Source: Terriglobia bacterium (GTDB taxonomy: Bacteria > Acidobacteriota > Terriglobia > 20CM-2-55-15). Taken from it: a stretch of 64,000 nt of DNA. A model generated the notes under the pieces. That model was not told the origin of the DNA. It was given only the letters and a program-made list of their open reading frames with translations, and did not search any database. Made by a program: the position numbers and the translations under genes. Numbering within the stretch: position 1 is the first letter of the stretch; each line of letters starts with the position of its first letter. Positions 1 through 10,143 of this stretch are shown one piece after another. The stretch spans positions 32,001-96,000 of the forward strand of contig CBDAOY010000007.1 in NCBI GenBank assembly GCA_965198225.1. The letters are read 5' to 3'.

Positions 1-236
1 TCAATCTCTCCCGGCAACACGCATCGCCGACCGTCGATCCGGGTTCCAGATCCTGCTCCCAGTCGAGAAAACACCGCTCCGGATGCCTGCGCTGGCCCGG
101 AAATGTCGAATCACAGTCTTTCTTGACACTTCTTCACCGAATCGCTCTGCAAACGTTCAATCGTCGATTCGTAGACGCTCAATCGGTGCTTTCAAGTCCG
201 ACAGCCTGCTAGGCGGCACAAGACAGGGGCCCCGAC

Positions 237-270
237 AAAAAGGGGCGCCCAGACTGAGCGCCCCTTTCTT
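237..270 (-). terminator. Rho-independent terminator after FecR-domain gene
   Basis: Hairpin AGGGGCGC-ccagactga-GCGCCCCT flanked by A/T runs, about 15 bp past the stop of 286..1713. Confidence 0.75.
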
Positions 271-285
271 CGTTACTTGAAACGG

Positions 286-1713
286 CTAGTTAACGCCTGG
301 GCCCAGTAGAGGGGCCGAAGCGCTCGCGGCTTCCGGTTCCACGGTCTTTGTGACTTCACGGATCACGAGCGTGCCACCCGCTGCTGTCCCGGCTGCCACC
401 GCCGCCGTCGCGACTGCCGATACGGTCGAAGTAGCCGCGCCTGCCGCCGCGCCTGTTGCTGCTCCTGCCGCACCGGCGGCTCCACCTCCTGCTGCGCCGC
501 CCCCCGCGGCGCAGCCGCCGGCCGCACCACCTCCACCTGCACCACCGCCGCCGGCACCTGCACCACCGCCGCCGGCACCTCCGACACCGCTTCCGACGGC
601 AGCTTGTACGGCTGGGGCCACCAGGGCGGTGATCACCCCCAAGCCCACTCCCCGGATCGCGATGACCTGCTGCCCGCCAGTGATCGTCACGCTCTGCCCG
701 GTGATGTTCTCGGTGACCTGCTGGAGGCCCTCATTCAGCTGGTGGGTGCTCTGAGTATCGTTCGGGACGAGCTGCTTTCCTTCGGTTCCTCGAATCGCAG
801 CGACCGCGGTTGGAGTCGTCAGTTCGGTTTCGGTCCCGGCGACTTCCTGGATGTCAAAAAACAAGCTTCCCAGCGTCTGTCCGATCCGGCGCAGGATCCC
901 GGTCGGTTGCTGTTCCTCCTCGATGACGACGGTCGTTCCGACGTCCAGATTGATCAGGCTCTGGTCGGTGAAACGGATATCGGCACGGCCCTGAAGCGTG
1001 GCCACCGTGTCCCCGCTGAAGAGCGGGAGGCCGGGGTTCTCCACGCGGTTGGTGAGCGTCGTGTTGACCCGCGTCAGCCGCACGTCGCCTTCGACGGCTT
1101 CGAACTGGGCAATCTGACTCCCGGCCTGCGGCGGCGTGAAGGTCGCTTCGGCGACCGGAATCGACACCGTGGGCACGAGCGATGCGATGAGGACTTCGCC
1201 CGCCTCGACCTTGCGACTGGCTCCGTACTCCTGACGCTCCAGTACGCTGAGAAGCCCCTTTCGGCTCTCGACCCGATCCTCGTCTTCGGGCACGGCTAGA
1301 ATCTCTCCGGAAACGTTCTCTCTGTCCGGTCCCGGCCGCACCGCGAGCTGGGGCGTAATGATTTCAAACTCCGTACCCGCCGGAAAATTGAAATCGAGGG
1401 CGCCGGCTCTCAGGATCAATCTCAACGGTTGCGCGCTGACGATCTCGAGATCTGTCGAGGGACGCAACTCCAGACGGCCCTTTCCCAACCGAACCACGCC
1501 CCCTCCGTCTCCATGTGTCCGAATCGAATCCCCCTCGAAGAGAGTCGTTTCATTGGACAGAGGCCGACCGGACCGTTCAACTCTGCCGAACAGCAGGATG
1601 TCTCCGACCGGAGCTGACGTTGCCGCCGAAGCCACGAGGGGACACAACATCAGACCTAACAGCGCGATTCCCGGCGCCATGCGCTTTGGCCACGTCGGTC
1701 GATTGAGCTTCAT
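286..1713 (-). CDS. Secreted protein with two FecR-like domains and a Gly/Ala-rich C-terminal tail
   Basis: N-terminal signal peptide; two 'LFxGDxIxT' beta-rich repeats; 'TPTAVAAIRGT' FecR motif; lies directly downstream of a CHASE2 cyclase. Confidence 0.8.
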   Translation of the reverse strand: MKLNRPTWPKRMAPGIALLGLMLCPLVASAATSAPVGDILLFGRVERSGRPLSNETTLFEGDSIRTHGDGGGVVRLGKGRLELRPSTDLEIVSAQPLRLILRAGALDFNFPAGTEFEIITPQLAVRPGPDRENVSGEILAVPEDEDRVESRKGLLSVLERQEYGASRKVEAGEVLIASLVPTVSIPVAEATFTPPQAGSQIAQFEAVEGDVRLTRVNTTLTNRVENPGLPLFSGDTVATLQGRADIRFTDQSLINLDVGTTVVIEEEQQPTGILRRIGQTLGSLFFDIQEVAGTETELTTPTAVAAIRGTEGKQLVPNDTQSTHQLNEGLQQVTENITGQSVTITGGQQVIAIRGVGLGVITALVAPAVQAAVGSGVGGAGGGGAGAGGGGAGGGGAAGGCAAGGGAAGGGAAGAAGAATGAAAGAATSTVSAVATAAVAAGTAAGGTLVIREVTKTVEPEAASASAPLLGPGVN

Positions 1714-1732
1714 GTTTTCCTTCTGCGGAAAC

Positions 1733-4033
1733 TTACTTCTCGTCGAACTTGTACACGGGATCGAAAGCCCTCGTCGCGCCCGCGTATTCAGTCCGCATCT
1801 TCTCGATCCTGGACTTCATCATCTTTGACGGTTCGTCGCCGGGTCGGAGTGCCAGGACGTGATCGAACGCCTTGTCGGCGCCGTCGAAGTCTCCCTGCTG
1901 GTACAGTTCCAGCGCGTGCTCGAATATCGTCCTGATCTCTTCCCAGGACGGATCCACGAGCAGATCAGCCGAGCCCTGGCGCCGATCGCCACGTCGCCGC
2001 TCGCCGTGGACAGCCAGGACGTACGCTCCCTTCAGTTTCTTCCAGGTCGTTTCTTCGCCCCGCCGGTCCGAGCCGCGGTGCTCCGTTTCCGGCTGCTTCA
2101 GACCCAGCGGTTCGTAGATCGTCACTGCCTGGGTCTTGCCTTTGACCTTAACGCGGTCCAGTTCCCGGCAGAATATCCGATCTTTAACACCTTCATACGT
2201 CGTGTCCGTGATCAGGATGTTCGTACCGTAAAACTTGTTCAGGCCCTCGAGCCGTGAACCCAGGTTCACGTCGTCGCCCATCACAGTGTAGCTGAACCGA
2301 TGCTGAGAACCCATGTTCCCGACGACCATCTCGCCGGTGTTGAGGCCGATTCCGATGTCGAAACGGTGTCCGCCCGGCAATTTGACCGTCTCCTGCATCT
2401 CGCGTACGACCTTCATCATCTCCAGCGCAGCGATTGTCGACCGCAACGCATGATGCTTGGTCTCGATCGGGTGGCCCCAGAAGCACATCACCGCGTCGCC
2501 GATGAGTTTGTCCAGCGTGCCCTGGTACTTGAAGATGATTTCGGTCATCTGGTCGAAGTACGTGTTCAGGAAGCCGACCAGTTCCTGCGGCGTCATCTTT
2601 TCGGAAAACGTGCTGAATCCACGAATGTCGGAGAAGAGCACCGTCAGTGCGTGCTTCTCGCCGCCCAGCTGCAGTTTTTCCGGTTGGTCGATCACCTGGT
2701 CGATGACGGCCTGGTCGAGGTAGTGGGAGAACACCTGCTTCGTCCGTTTCTTTTCCCTTTCTTCCGTAAGGTATTTGTAGGAGATCAGCGAGCCGCTCGT
2801 CGTGACCAGTGCCAGTCCCGGGTACACATAGCTCAGGACCCATGAAAACTGGAGGAAGATCCAGACGTTGAAGAAAGTGAACAGGACCAGGCCCGCCGCC
2901 GTGTACAGGATGCTCCGGGTCGCCCCCATCTTCGGCAAGTAAAACGCGACGACCAGTCCAAAGAGGAGGATCAGGGCGATATCGATCATGGCCGTCATCG
3001 CATTGCGCACCAGGTACCGCTGATGGAGGATGTTGTCGATCACATTCGCGTGGAGTTCAGCGCCTGGCAGCACCGGATCGAACGAAGTCGGGACGACGTC
3101 ACCGAGCCCGATTGCCGGTGCTCCGAAAATAACAATCTTGTCGCGCAGGACTTCGGGGTCGATCCTCCGTTCCATCACATCGACCATCGAGATCGTTTCG
3201 TGAGTCCCCCCCGGTCCGTTGTAGTTGACCATGAACCGGCCGAACCGGTCGGTCGGAACGACATAATCCCCGACCTGAACCTGGGCAAAGCGGTCGTCCT
3301 GCATCGTCACCGTCACCGAAGGGGCCCCGAGGTAGCCCTTCAGCAGCTGCAGGTCGAGCGACGGGTACAGCCGACCGCCCCACTCGATGAACTGCGGCTG
3401 GTATCGCAGGAAGCCTTCGGTATCCGCATGGAAGTTGACGAATCCGAACGACCAGGCCGCCCGGCTCAGGATTGCGATGGGCAGCGAGAGGTTTGCCCCT
3501 CGTACCCGTATTCCTCCTGTGCCCGATCCCCTTTGTCGAACCGCTGGATACACCTGCTTCTCGATCACGAGTTCCTGTAGCTCGGGCGTCAGCTCATCGC
3601 GCTCGCCTCGTTCGCCTGTTGTCGCTTCCAGGTCGAGGTAAACGCCCATGACCACGTTGCCGGCTCGTTCGATCGCTTCGGCGAAGAGGCGGTCGTTCTC
3701 TTCACTGCTGATGTCTGCTTCCGAATAGAGAACATCGAAACCGATCACCCGGGCGCCTGCATCGGCGATGGCGTTTATCAACCGAGCCGGCACGGATCGG
3801 ATCATGGTGCGGGCGGAACCGCCCATTTCATTCAGGCTGCGCTCGTCGATGGCGACAATGACAACTTCGTCTCCGGGGGCCTGCTCTCCGCGCAGCCGGA
3901 ACTTCGTGTCCAGCCAGCGCATGTCCAGGCTGGTCAAGAAGTCCGAGCCAGTCCAGTCGAGCCGGTTCACAGACAGGACGACGAACAGGAAGGTGATGAC
4001 GATAGCCAGGATTGTGGGGATACGGCGCTTCAT
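1733..4033 (-). CDS. CHASE2-domain class III adenylate cyclase with C-terminal TPR
   Basis: CHASE2 motifs (VVIVAIDE, GFDVLY, PGAELHAN); three TM helices; cyclase motifs FSDIRGFST, DKLIGDAVM, YTVMGDDVNLGSRLE. Confidence 0.93.
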   Translation of the reverse strand: MKRRIPTILAIVITFLFVVLSVNRLDWTGSDFLTSLDMRWLDTKFRLRGEQAPGDEVVIVAIDERSLNEMGGSARTMIRSVPARLINAIADAGARVIGFDVLYSEADISSEENDRLFAEAIERAGNVVMGVYLDLEATTGERGERDELTPELQELVIEKQVYPAVRQRGSGTGGIRVRGANLSLPIAILSRAAWSFGFVNFHADTEGFLRYQPQFIEWGGRLYPSLDLQLLKGYLGAPSVTVTMQDDRFAQVQVGDYVVPTDRFGRFMVNYNGPGGTHETISMVDVMERRIDPEVLRDKIVIFGAPAIGLGDVVPTSFDPVLPGAELHANVIDNILHQRYLVRNAMTAMIDIALILLFGLVVAFYLPKMGATRSILYTAAGLVLFTFFNVWIFLQFSWVLSYVYPGLALVTTSGSLISYKYLTEEREKKRTKQVFSHYLDQAVIDQVIDQPEKLQLGGEKHALTVLFSDIRGFSTFSEKMTPQELVGFLNTYFDQMTEIIFKYQGTLDKLIGDAVMCFWGHPIETKHHALRSTIAALEMMKVVREMQETVKLPGGHRFDIGIGLNTGEMVVGNMGSQHRFSYTVMGDDVNLGSRLEGLNKFYGTNILITDTTYEGVKDRIFCRELDRVKVKGKTQAVTIYEPLGLKQPETEHRGSDRRGEETTWKKLKGAYVLAVHGERRRGDRRQGSADLLVDPSWEEIRTIFEHALELYQQGDFDGADKAFDHVLALRPGDEPSKMMKSRIEKMRTEYAGATRAFDPVYKFDEK

Positions 4034-4209
4034 TTTCGACGGACCCGCATCGGGGCGGCGAAGCCGCCCCGGACTGAGCGTTATATGGCGGCAATGTACG
4101 TTAAAGGCGGGGTACGGTCAAGGCTTGTTATACTTTTTCCAACGAGGCCATAAATCCTTGTTGTTCTATGAGTCAAAGGGATTGGGACCCGCACGCGGGA
4201 ACCTCCGTT

Positions 4210-6064
4210 ATGGAAACTGGACCAGGTGTTTTGCTGACTGCCACGCTCGAGACGAAACTGCGGGAAATCCCGGCCGGACCGGGGGTCTACCTGTACAAGG
4301 ATACCCTCGGAGACATCATCTACGTCGGCAAGGCCAAGTCTCTGCGAAATAGGGTCCGGAGCTACTTCCAGGAGTCCCGGAGCCTGGACGAGCGCAAGGA
4401 CCAGATGATGGCTGCCATTGCCGACGTCGAGTTCATCGTGACCGACACGGAAGGAGAAGCGCTCGCGCTCGAAAACAACCTCATCAAGCAGAACAAGCCG
4501 AAGTACAACGTCCTGCTTCGCGACGACAAGACATATCCCTACATCAAGCTCACCGTCAACGAGCCCTACCCCAAGGCTTTGATTACGCGGCGGGTCCGCA
4601 AGGACGGGGCGCTGTATTTCGGGCCGTTCTTCCCGGGTGGTCTCGCGAGAAAGACGCTGCGCCTGGTCGAACGTCACTTCCTGATCCGCAACTGCAACAT
4701 CCGCATCGACGGGAACCGTCCCAGGCCATGCCTGCAGTACTACATCAACCGGTGTCTCGGACCATGCGTAGGCGAACTAGCCAGTCGAGAAAAGTATGCG
4801 GATGCGGTGAGCGACGTCCAGATGTTTCTCGAAGGGAAAGGCCGGGAACTTGTCCTCAGGTTGGAGCGGAAAATGGAAGAGGCCGCCCGCTCCCAGCAGT
4901 ACGAGGCCGCGGCCCACTACAGGGACGCCATCCGGACGATCGAACAGATCACGGAACGACAGAAGATGGCGTCGGTCGGGTTCGACGATATCGACATCTT
5001 CGGGTATCAACAGGATGGTCCCCTCGTCGCTGTTTCCGCGTTTCACATGCGTGGTGGGCGGGTCGTCAACAAGAAGGAGCTTTTCTGGGAGGACCAAGAC
5101 GGGTTCGAGCCCGAAGAGTTCTTTGGTTCCCTGTTGAAACTCTTCTACGTGGATGCTCCTTTCATTCCTCTGGAGATCCACGTCCCGGTCGCCTTCGAGG
5201 ACCAGGAGTTGCTCGCTGGCTGGCTCTCGGAACGCAAGGGACGCAAGGTCGAGATCCGTACGCCACAGAGGGGCGGCAAGCGCGAGATGATCGACTTGGT
5301 CCACCGCAATGCCGGTCTCTCTTTCGATCAGCGCTTTCGGGCGACGACACCGTCGGCCGCCACTATCGCCAGGGAGGTGGAAGAGGCTCTCGACCTGGAG
5401 AAAAACGCCGCGCAGGATCGAGGCGTTCGACATCTCGAATCTGGGCGGCAGCGATATCGTTGCGTCGCTGGTGGTATGGCGGGAAGGCGGTCTCAAGAAG
5501 GCCGAGTACCGGCGCTATATCGTCCGCTCCGTGTCGGGTCAACCGGACGACTTCAAGAGCATGAAGGAGGTCGTCGGCCGTCGCTATCGGCGCCTGACCG
5601 AAGAGAAAAAGCGCATGCCCGACCTGATCCTGATCGACGGCGGCCTGGGTCAGTTGCATGCCGCGCAGGCTGCCCTGGACGAGTTGAACATCGTCGATCA
5701 ACCGCTGGCGAGCATCGCGAAGCGGGAAGAACTCATCTACATCGCCGGCCGCGAAGACGAACCCGTCATTCTCGATCGGCGCTCGCCGATCCTCCGCCTC
5801 ATCCAGCAGATAAGAGATGAAAGCCACCGGTTCGCGATCAGTTTCCACCGGGAAAGAAGGCAGAAGCGGCAGCGGGCCACCGAACTGTCCGAAATCCCAG
5901 GTGTCGGGCCTCGTACAATTCGAAAGCTGTTGAACAACTTTGGTTCTCTCAAGAAAGTCCGAGAAGCGACCCAAGACGAGTTACGAACCGTTGCGAACCG
6001 TCCTCAGGCCGAGTCGATCTGGAAGCACTTTCATCCCTCCGTAGCGCCGAACCGGGACGACTAG
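4210..6064 (+). CDS. uvrC: Excinuclease ABC subunit C; +1 frameshift in the A5 run at 5401-5405
   Basis: GIY-YIG N-terminus (PGVYLYKD..IIYVGKAKSLRNRV); second frame supplies RIEAFDISN, PDLILIDGG, RDESHRFA and HhH; deleting one A at 5401-5405 joins the frames. Confidence 0.92.
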
Positions 6065-6083
6065 CACCGTTACAGGCCACTAG

Positions 6084-6246
6084 CCCGGATTATTCATGAA
6101 TTGTCTACTGCAGCGGCGGATACACTCGCAGATACGGCGTTACGCTAACGGGCCGTCCTCGGCATTGATCCAGACACGCCGTCCTCGCGCGCCTTGTCTC
6201 TGCGGCGTCTCCACCGCTTCGCGACGACAACCACGAATAATCCGGG
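6084..6246. mobile_element. MITE, 163 bp, CCCGGATTATTC terminal inverted repeats, CTAG target duplication
   Basis: CTAG(6080-83)-CCCGGATTATTC...GAATAATCCGGG-CTAG(6247-50); no transposase. Confidence 0.8.
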
Positions 6247-6310
6247 CTAGTGAGCGCTTGGTTCAGCCGTTGGTACACGTGTTACTATAGACTTACAGAA
6301 GGAGGTCGAC

Positions 6311-6664
6311 ATGAGCGACTCTAGCGACAAATTCCTCTATTTCCTGGTCGGAGCCAGCATCGGTAGCGTGGTTGCGCTGCTGTTCGCGCCGAAGTCGGGT
6401 CGGGAGACCCGAGACGAAATCACCAAGCGCGCTCAGGAGAGCCGTGAGTATCTGAATCGCAAGGTTGACGACGGCCGAAACTTCGTCGAAGAAGGCGGTC
6501 GCCGGGTCGGCAGCGAGGTGACTTCTCTGGTCGATCGGGGCAAAGAAGAGGTCGGCACGTTGATCGACAAGGGCAAAGACGTGGTCCAGCAGCAGAAGGG
6601 ACAGTTCGCCGCGGCGTTTGAAGCCGGGAAGGAAGCCTATCTCAACGAGAAGGACGCGGACTGA
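6311..6664 (+). CDS. YtxH domain protein
   Basis: FLVGASIGSVVALLFAPKSGRETR signature; GGAGG RBS. Confidence 0.88.
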   Translation: MSDSSDKFLYFLVGASIGSVVALLFAPKSGRETRDEITKRAQESREYLNRKVDDGRNFVEEGGRRVGSEVTSLVDRGKEEVGTLIDKGKDVVQQQKGQFAAAFEAGKEAYLNEKDAD

Positions 6665-6676
6665 TCGGAGGCAATC

Positions 6677-7159
6677 TTGGAAGGTTTGCTGACTCTATTC
6701 GTAGCTCTGACCGCCGTGGCCGTCATGATCCAGGCCGGTGTCCTGGTGAGCATCTACATCCTGTCTCGCAGAGTCGGCGGGCAGATCGAGTTGACTCTTG
6801 CACAGCTACGGGAACTGATGCCGCCGCTGAAGACGGTCACGGAGAACCTGAAGACCGTGTCTGAAGACGCCGTCGAGATCGGCGGCGCTGCTCGTGAGCA
6901 GTTTCATCGGGTCGAGAACATGATCGGGGAAACCGGAGAGGCTCTCCAGACCCAGTTGGAGAAAGTGGACAAGATGAGTCGCGATGTCACCGACCGCGTC
7001 AACGAGACCGTCGATGTCGTTCAGGACTCGATTATCCGGCCAGTCCGCGAAGTCGGGGCACTGGCCCGCGGCCTGACGCGTGGTTTCGAAGTCTTCATGA
7101 ATCGCAAGGGCCGCAATACCGTCGATCAGGCACACCAGGACGAAGAGCTTTTCATCTAA
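6677..7159 (+). CDS. Membrane-anchored coiled-coil protein (DUF948/YoxC-like)
   Basis: N-terminal TM helix then amphipathic helices; GGAGG RBS; adjacent to YtxH gene. Confidence 0.65.
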   Translation: MEGLLTLFVALTAVAVMIQAGVLVSIYILSRRVGGQIELTLAQLRELMPPLKTVTENLKTVSEDAVEIGGAAREQFHRVENMIGETGEALQTQLEKVDKMSRDVTDRVNETVDVVQDSIIRPVREVGALARGLTRGFEVFMNRKGRNTVDQAHQDEELFI

Positions 7160-7167
7160 AAGGATTT

Positions 7168-7195
7168 GGGGACAGGGGTATGGCGCCCTGTCCCC
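7168..7195. repeat. GGGGACAGG...CCTGTCCCC hairpin repeat (copy 1)
   Basis: Palindrome shared with copies at 15762, 24262 and 35598. Confidence 0.65.
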
Positions 7196-7260
7196 ATACC
7201 GCTTTCCGGACAGTTCGTGGGCTACTTGCCCTCCTCCTCACGTGTAGCGATCCTGTCAAT

Positions 7261-7944
7261 ATGTCCGAAACCGATCAGATCGAAATACCCCTTTTTCCAC
7301 TCGCCAACGTCGTTTTCTTCCCGAGCGTGATGCTTCCTCTTCACATCTTCGAGGAGCGATACAAGAAGATGATTAACGGATGCATCGACGACGACGCCCC
7401 GTTCGGGCTTGTTCTGCTCAACGGCGAGGAAGAGAGCCCGTCCACTATCCAGAAAGTGGGAGTGCTGGCTCGCGTCGCCCAGATCGAACGGCTTGACGAA
7501 GGGCGGATGAACATCCTGACCGAGGGACAGGCGCGTTTTCGCGTGATCCGGTTCAACGGTCATGAACCCTTCTGGCGGGCGACCATTGAACTGCTGGACG
7601 ATCTGCCCGAATTGGATTCGGCACTGGAAACCTTGAGCCGCGAAGTCGGCGACCTTTACATGGAGGCATACCGGAAGGGGCTGGCACTGACCGGCGAACG
7701 CGCGGGCAAACTGGAGTTGCCGGAATCGGCCGCCGATCTTTCGTTCATGGTCAGCTACGTGCTCGATATGGATATGGAAGAAAAGCAGCGCCTGTTGGAG
7801 ATGACGTCCACCCGGGAACGACTCAGCTCACTCGTCACTTACCTGAGACATGCCAACGAACGGCTCGAACAGCAGATCCACCAGAGAAAGATTGTCGAAA
7901 CGGCCCGGGGGAACGGAGATCTGGGGCGGCCTGGGGGAGAGTAG
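7261..7944 (+). CDS. Lon N-terminal substrate-binding domain protein
   Basis: IPLFPLANVVFFPSVMLPLHIFEERY, GRMNILTEGQARFR, EKQRLLE; start placed at MSETD. Confidence 0.9.
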   Translation: MSETDQIEIPLFPLANVVFFPSVMLPLHIFEERYKKMINGCIDDDAPFGLVLLNGEEESPSTIQKVGVLARVAQIERLDEGRMNILTEGQARFRVIRFNGHEPFWRATIELLDDLPELDSALETLSREVGDLYMEAYRKGLALTGERAGKLELPESAADLSFMVSYVLDMDMEEKQRLLEMTSTRERLSSLVTYLRHANERLEQQIHQRKIVETARGNGDLGRPGGE

Positions 7945-7955
7945 TAGAAGAATTG

Positions 7956-8081
7956 ACCACGGAGGCGCGGAGGCACGGAGGTCTGGCAGTTTCGGTACAA
8001 TTGGTTGGGTTACGGCAGCTGCCTCACAATTCGACGCTGACGATAGCCAGTTCCTGCTCAGTGCCTCCGTGTCTCCGTGGT
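7956..8081. repeat. Intergenic palindrome built from tandem CACGGAGG(C) units
   Basis: ACCACGGAGGCGCGGAGGCAC ... GTGCCTCCGTGTCTCCGTGGT between convergent genes. Confidence 0.7.
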
Positions 8082-8085
8082 TCTC

Positions 8086-9273
8086 TTAGTCTTTCGCGGC
8101 GATCATCGCGATCTCGATCAACCCGGAAGCAGACATCAGGTCCGTTCCGACGGTTGCTCGAGGAGGCGGAGCTTCGGCCATCATTTCCCGGTACACCTCG
8201 TTCATCGCGCCAAAGTTTCGGACGTCCGTCAGGAACACGCTCGAGTTGACGATGTCACCGAGGTCCATGCCGGATTCACCCAGGACGGTCTGAACCTGTT
8301 CGAGTACCGCTCGTGTCTGACCGGCGATGTCGCCTCGCAAGTTTCGGCCGCCTCTGACGAATCCGGACAGGAACACCGTGTTGCCGACCTGGATGCCGGG
8401 GCTCAGGGTCCTGCTGTTACCGCCGCCCAGGCGCTTCTTCTCGCCTTTCACACCCCAGAGCATGATTTCGACTTTCATGTCGGGATTCATCAGTCGGGTC
8501 CGGACGGTCGCGCGCGTCGGCGGGGTATCGCCGAAATAGGTCTGGTAGACCTCGTTCATTCCCCTGAAGTCCCGTGCGTCGGTCAGAAACACGCTGCTGA
8601 CCGTCATATCCGACATCGAGAATCCGGCCGCCTGGACGAACGCCCGGGCGTTGTCCAGAACCTGTTGTGTCTGCGTCTGGATATCTCCGGGAACGACTTC
8701 ACCGGTCGCGATGTCCTGCGACACCAGGCCCGCCACGAACAGGTAGTCGCCGACTCGGAGGGCCCGGCTGTAGGGCCGCATGTTCGGGCCCTCGTCCGGC
8801 ACGGTGATGAGTTCCTTCCGCAGTCCGGGACGCGCTGCGATGGCCTGGATCTCGATCAGGCTTCCTTCGAGTGCAATGTCGGCCTCCAGCGTGGCACGCG
8901 CTGGAGGAAGGTCGTCGAAGAAAGCGCCGTAGGCTTCGTTCATTTCGCCATAGAGCCGGGAATCGGAGAGGTACACCTTCGTCGAGACGACGTTTTCCAG
9001 GCCCATGCCATCCGCCCTCAGCACGGTTTCGAGGTTCTCGATCGCCTTTCGAGTCTGGGCTTTGATGCCTCCCGGCACCAGGTTGTCCGACGAGTCGGTT
9101 CCTACGTGTCCTGCCAGAAACAACAAATCGCCCGACCGGGCGGCTGGGCTGTAAGGCAGACCGGCCACGACCGATCCCGGTGGCGCCACGATTCTCTTGG
9201 CTTGTGGGAACGCCGCGAGGCTGCCGACGACGGTCGCAATCAGCGCCGCGAAAGCAAACTTGTTGAGCTTCAT
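8086..9273 (-). CDS. Triple RidA/YjgF-domain protein with signal peptide
   Basis: Three repeats each with a PxSxA/G-like motif, LFxxGxV, MNExY and PPxRAT; start MKLNKFAFAALIA (ATG 9273). Confidence 0.88.
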   Translation of the reverse strand: MKLNKFAFAALIATVVGSLAAFPQAKRIVAPPGSVVAGLPYSPAARSGDLLFLAGHVGTDSSDNLVPGGIKAQTRKAIENLETVLRADGMGLENVVSTKVYLSDSRLYGEMNEAYGAFFDDLPPARATLEADIALEGSLIEIQAIAARPGLRKELITVPDEGPNMRPYSRALRVGDYLFVAGLVSQDIATGEVVPGDIQTQTQQVLDNARAFVQAAGFSMSDMTVSSVFLTDARDFRGMNEVYQTYFGDTPPTRATVRTRLMNPDMKVEIMLWGVKGEKKRLGGGNSRTLSPGIQVGNTVFLSGFVRGGRNLRGDIAGQTRAVLEQVQTVLGESGMDLGDIVNSSVFLTDVRNFGAMNEVYREMMAEAPPPRATVGTDLMSASGLIEIAMIAAKD

Positions 9274-9376
9274 GATTCGAACACCGTCTCCTTCAATTTC
9301 AATCGATATCAAAGCGGTCTGAGGCAGGCTAACTGCGCCACGGCTAAAAGTCAAAACGCTTCTGGTAGAATCCCTT

Positions 9377-10012
9377 GTGATGAATGGGCTGTACAGGATC
9401 GGCAACGTGTTCTGGGCTCCGACCCGGTCCCTCCAGGAAGCATCCCTCGAGCCTGCGATTCTGCTCCCGTTGGCCGTGCCGACCGGTTTTGCGTCTCTGA
9501 CCAGCCTCATCGTCTACTTCACCCTCGACCCGGCAGATCCGTCGCTGGCCGTCATATGGCTGATCGGGTTGGTGTCGGCCGCCATCGGCCCAGTCGTGGT
9601 CGTGCTGCTCGTGTCGTCGTTTTTCTTTGCCCTGTTTTCGCGGCTCGGACTGCGGGTAGGGTACCGGGCCTTTCTTTCGGTCACAGCCTTCGCATTCGTT
9701 CCGACCGCGCTGCACCACCTGGCACAGGGTAGCCTGCTGCTCCTGCCGATCTCGCAACAGATGTCAGGTCCCCAATTCGGGCGACTCAATCTGGCGATCT
9801 TTCTCGATGTCGAGTCTGTTTCCTCCGCGGCCCTTGTCGCGGCGGGAATGGTGGACGTCATCTCCCTGTGGGTGCTGGCTCTTCTGGTAGTTGGTTATCG
9901 CTATGTCGTCTGGCCGGGTGTCGCGCCCGCAGCAAGGGTGGCCGCCGTGGTCCTGCCGTGGTTGATGTATGCCGGCATTCGCATTGCACTGGCCGACACG
10001 ATTGCGTTTTGA
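9377..10012 (+). CDS. Yip1-domain membrane protein
   Basis: RIGNVFWAPTRS N-terminus typical of Yip1; five hydrophobic segments. Confidence 0.65.
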   Translation: MMNGLYRIGNVFWAPTRSLQEASLEPAILLPLAVPTGFASLTSLIVYFTLDPADPSLAVIWLIGLVSAAIGPVVVVLLVSSFFFALFSRLGLRVGYRAFLSVTAFAFVPTALHHLAQGSLLLLPISQQMSGPQFGRLNLAIFLDVESVSSAALVAAGMVDVISLWVLALLVVGYRYVVWPGVAPAARVAAVVLPWLMYAGIRIALADTIAF

Positions 10013-10143
10013 GCCGTTCGGCATGCCCCAAGGGCCCCGATGCTTAGACATTTCCTCCGGTGCGCGTTAACATCCATTGATCGCCATTTTCCCCGTGAAT
10101 TTGAGAAGAGGTTCAAAAATGCTTAGTGAAGAGGAGTTTACGA

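Noticed and set aside
380-600. GCC/CCG-rich low-complexity tract and Pro-rich plus-strand ORF 350..754
   Set aside because: It is the antisense of the Gly/Ala tail of the FecR protein.
5401-5405. Programmed ribosomal frameshift in uvrC
   Set aside because: No canonical slippery heptamer or known precedent; a homopolymer error is simpler.
8077-9732. Long antisense ORFs (8077..9732, 26989..28416, 36454..37794, 61377..62765 and similar)
   Set aside because: Shadow ORFs opposite well-supported genes in high-GC DNA, with no motifs.
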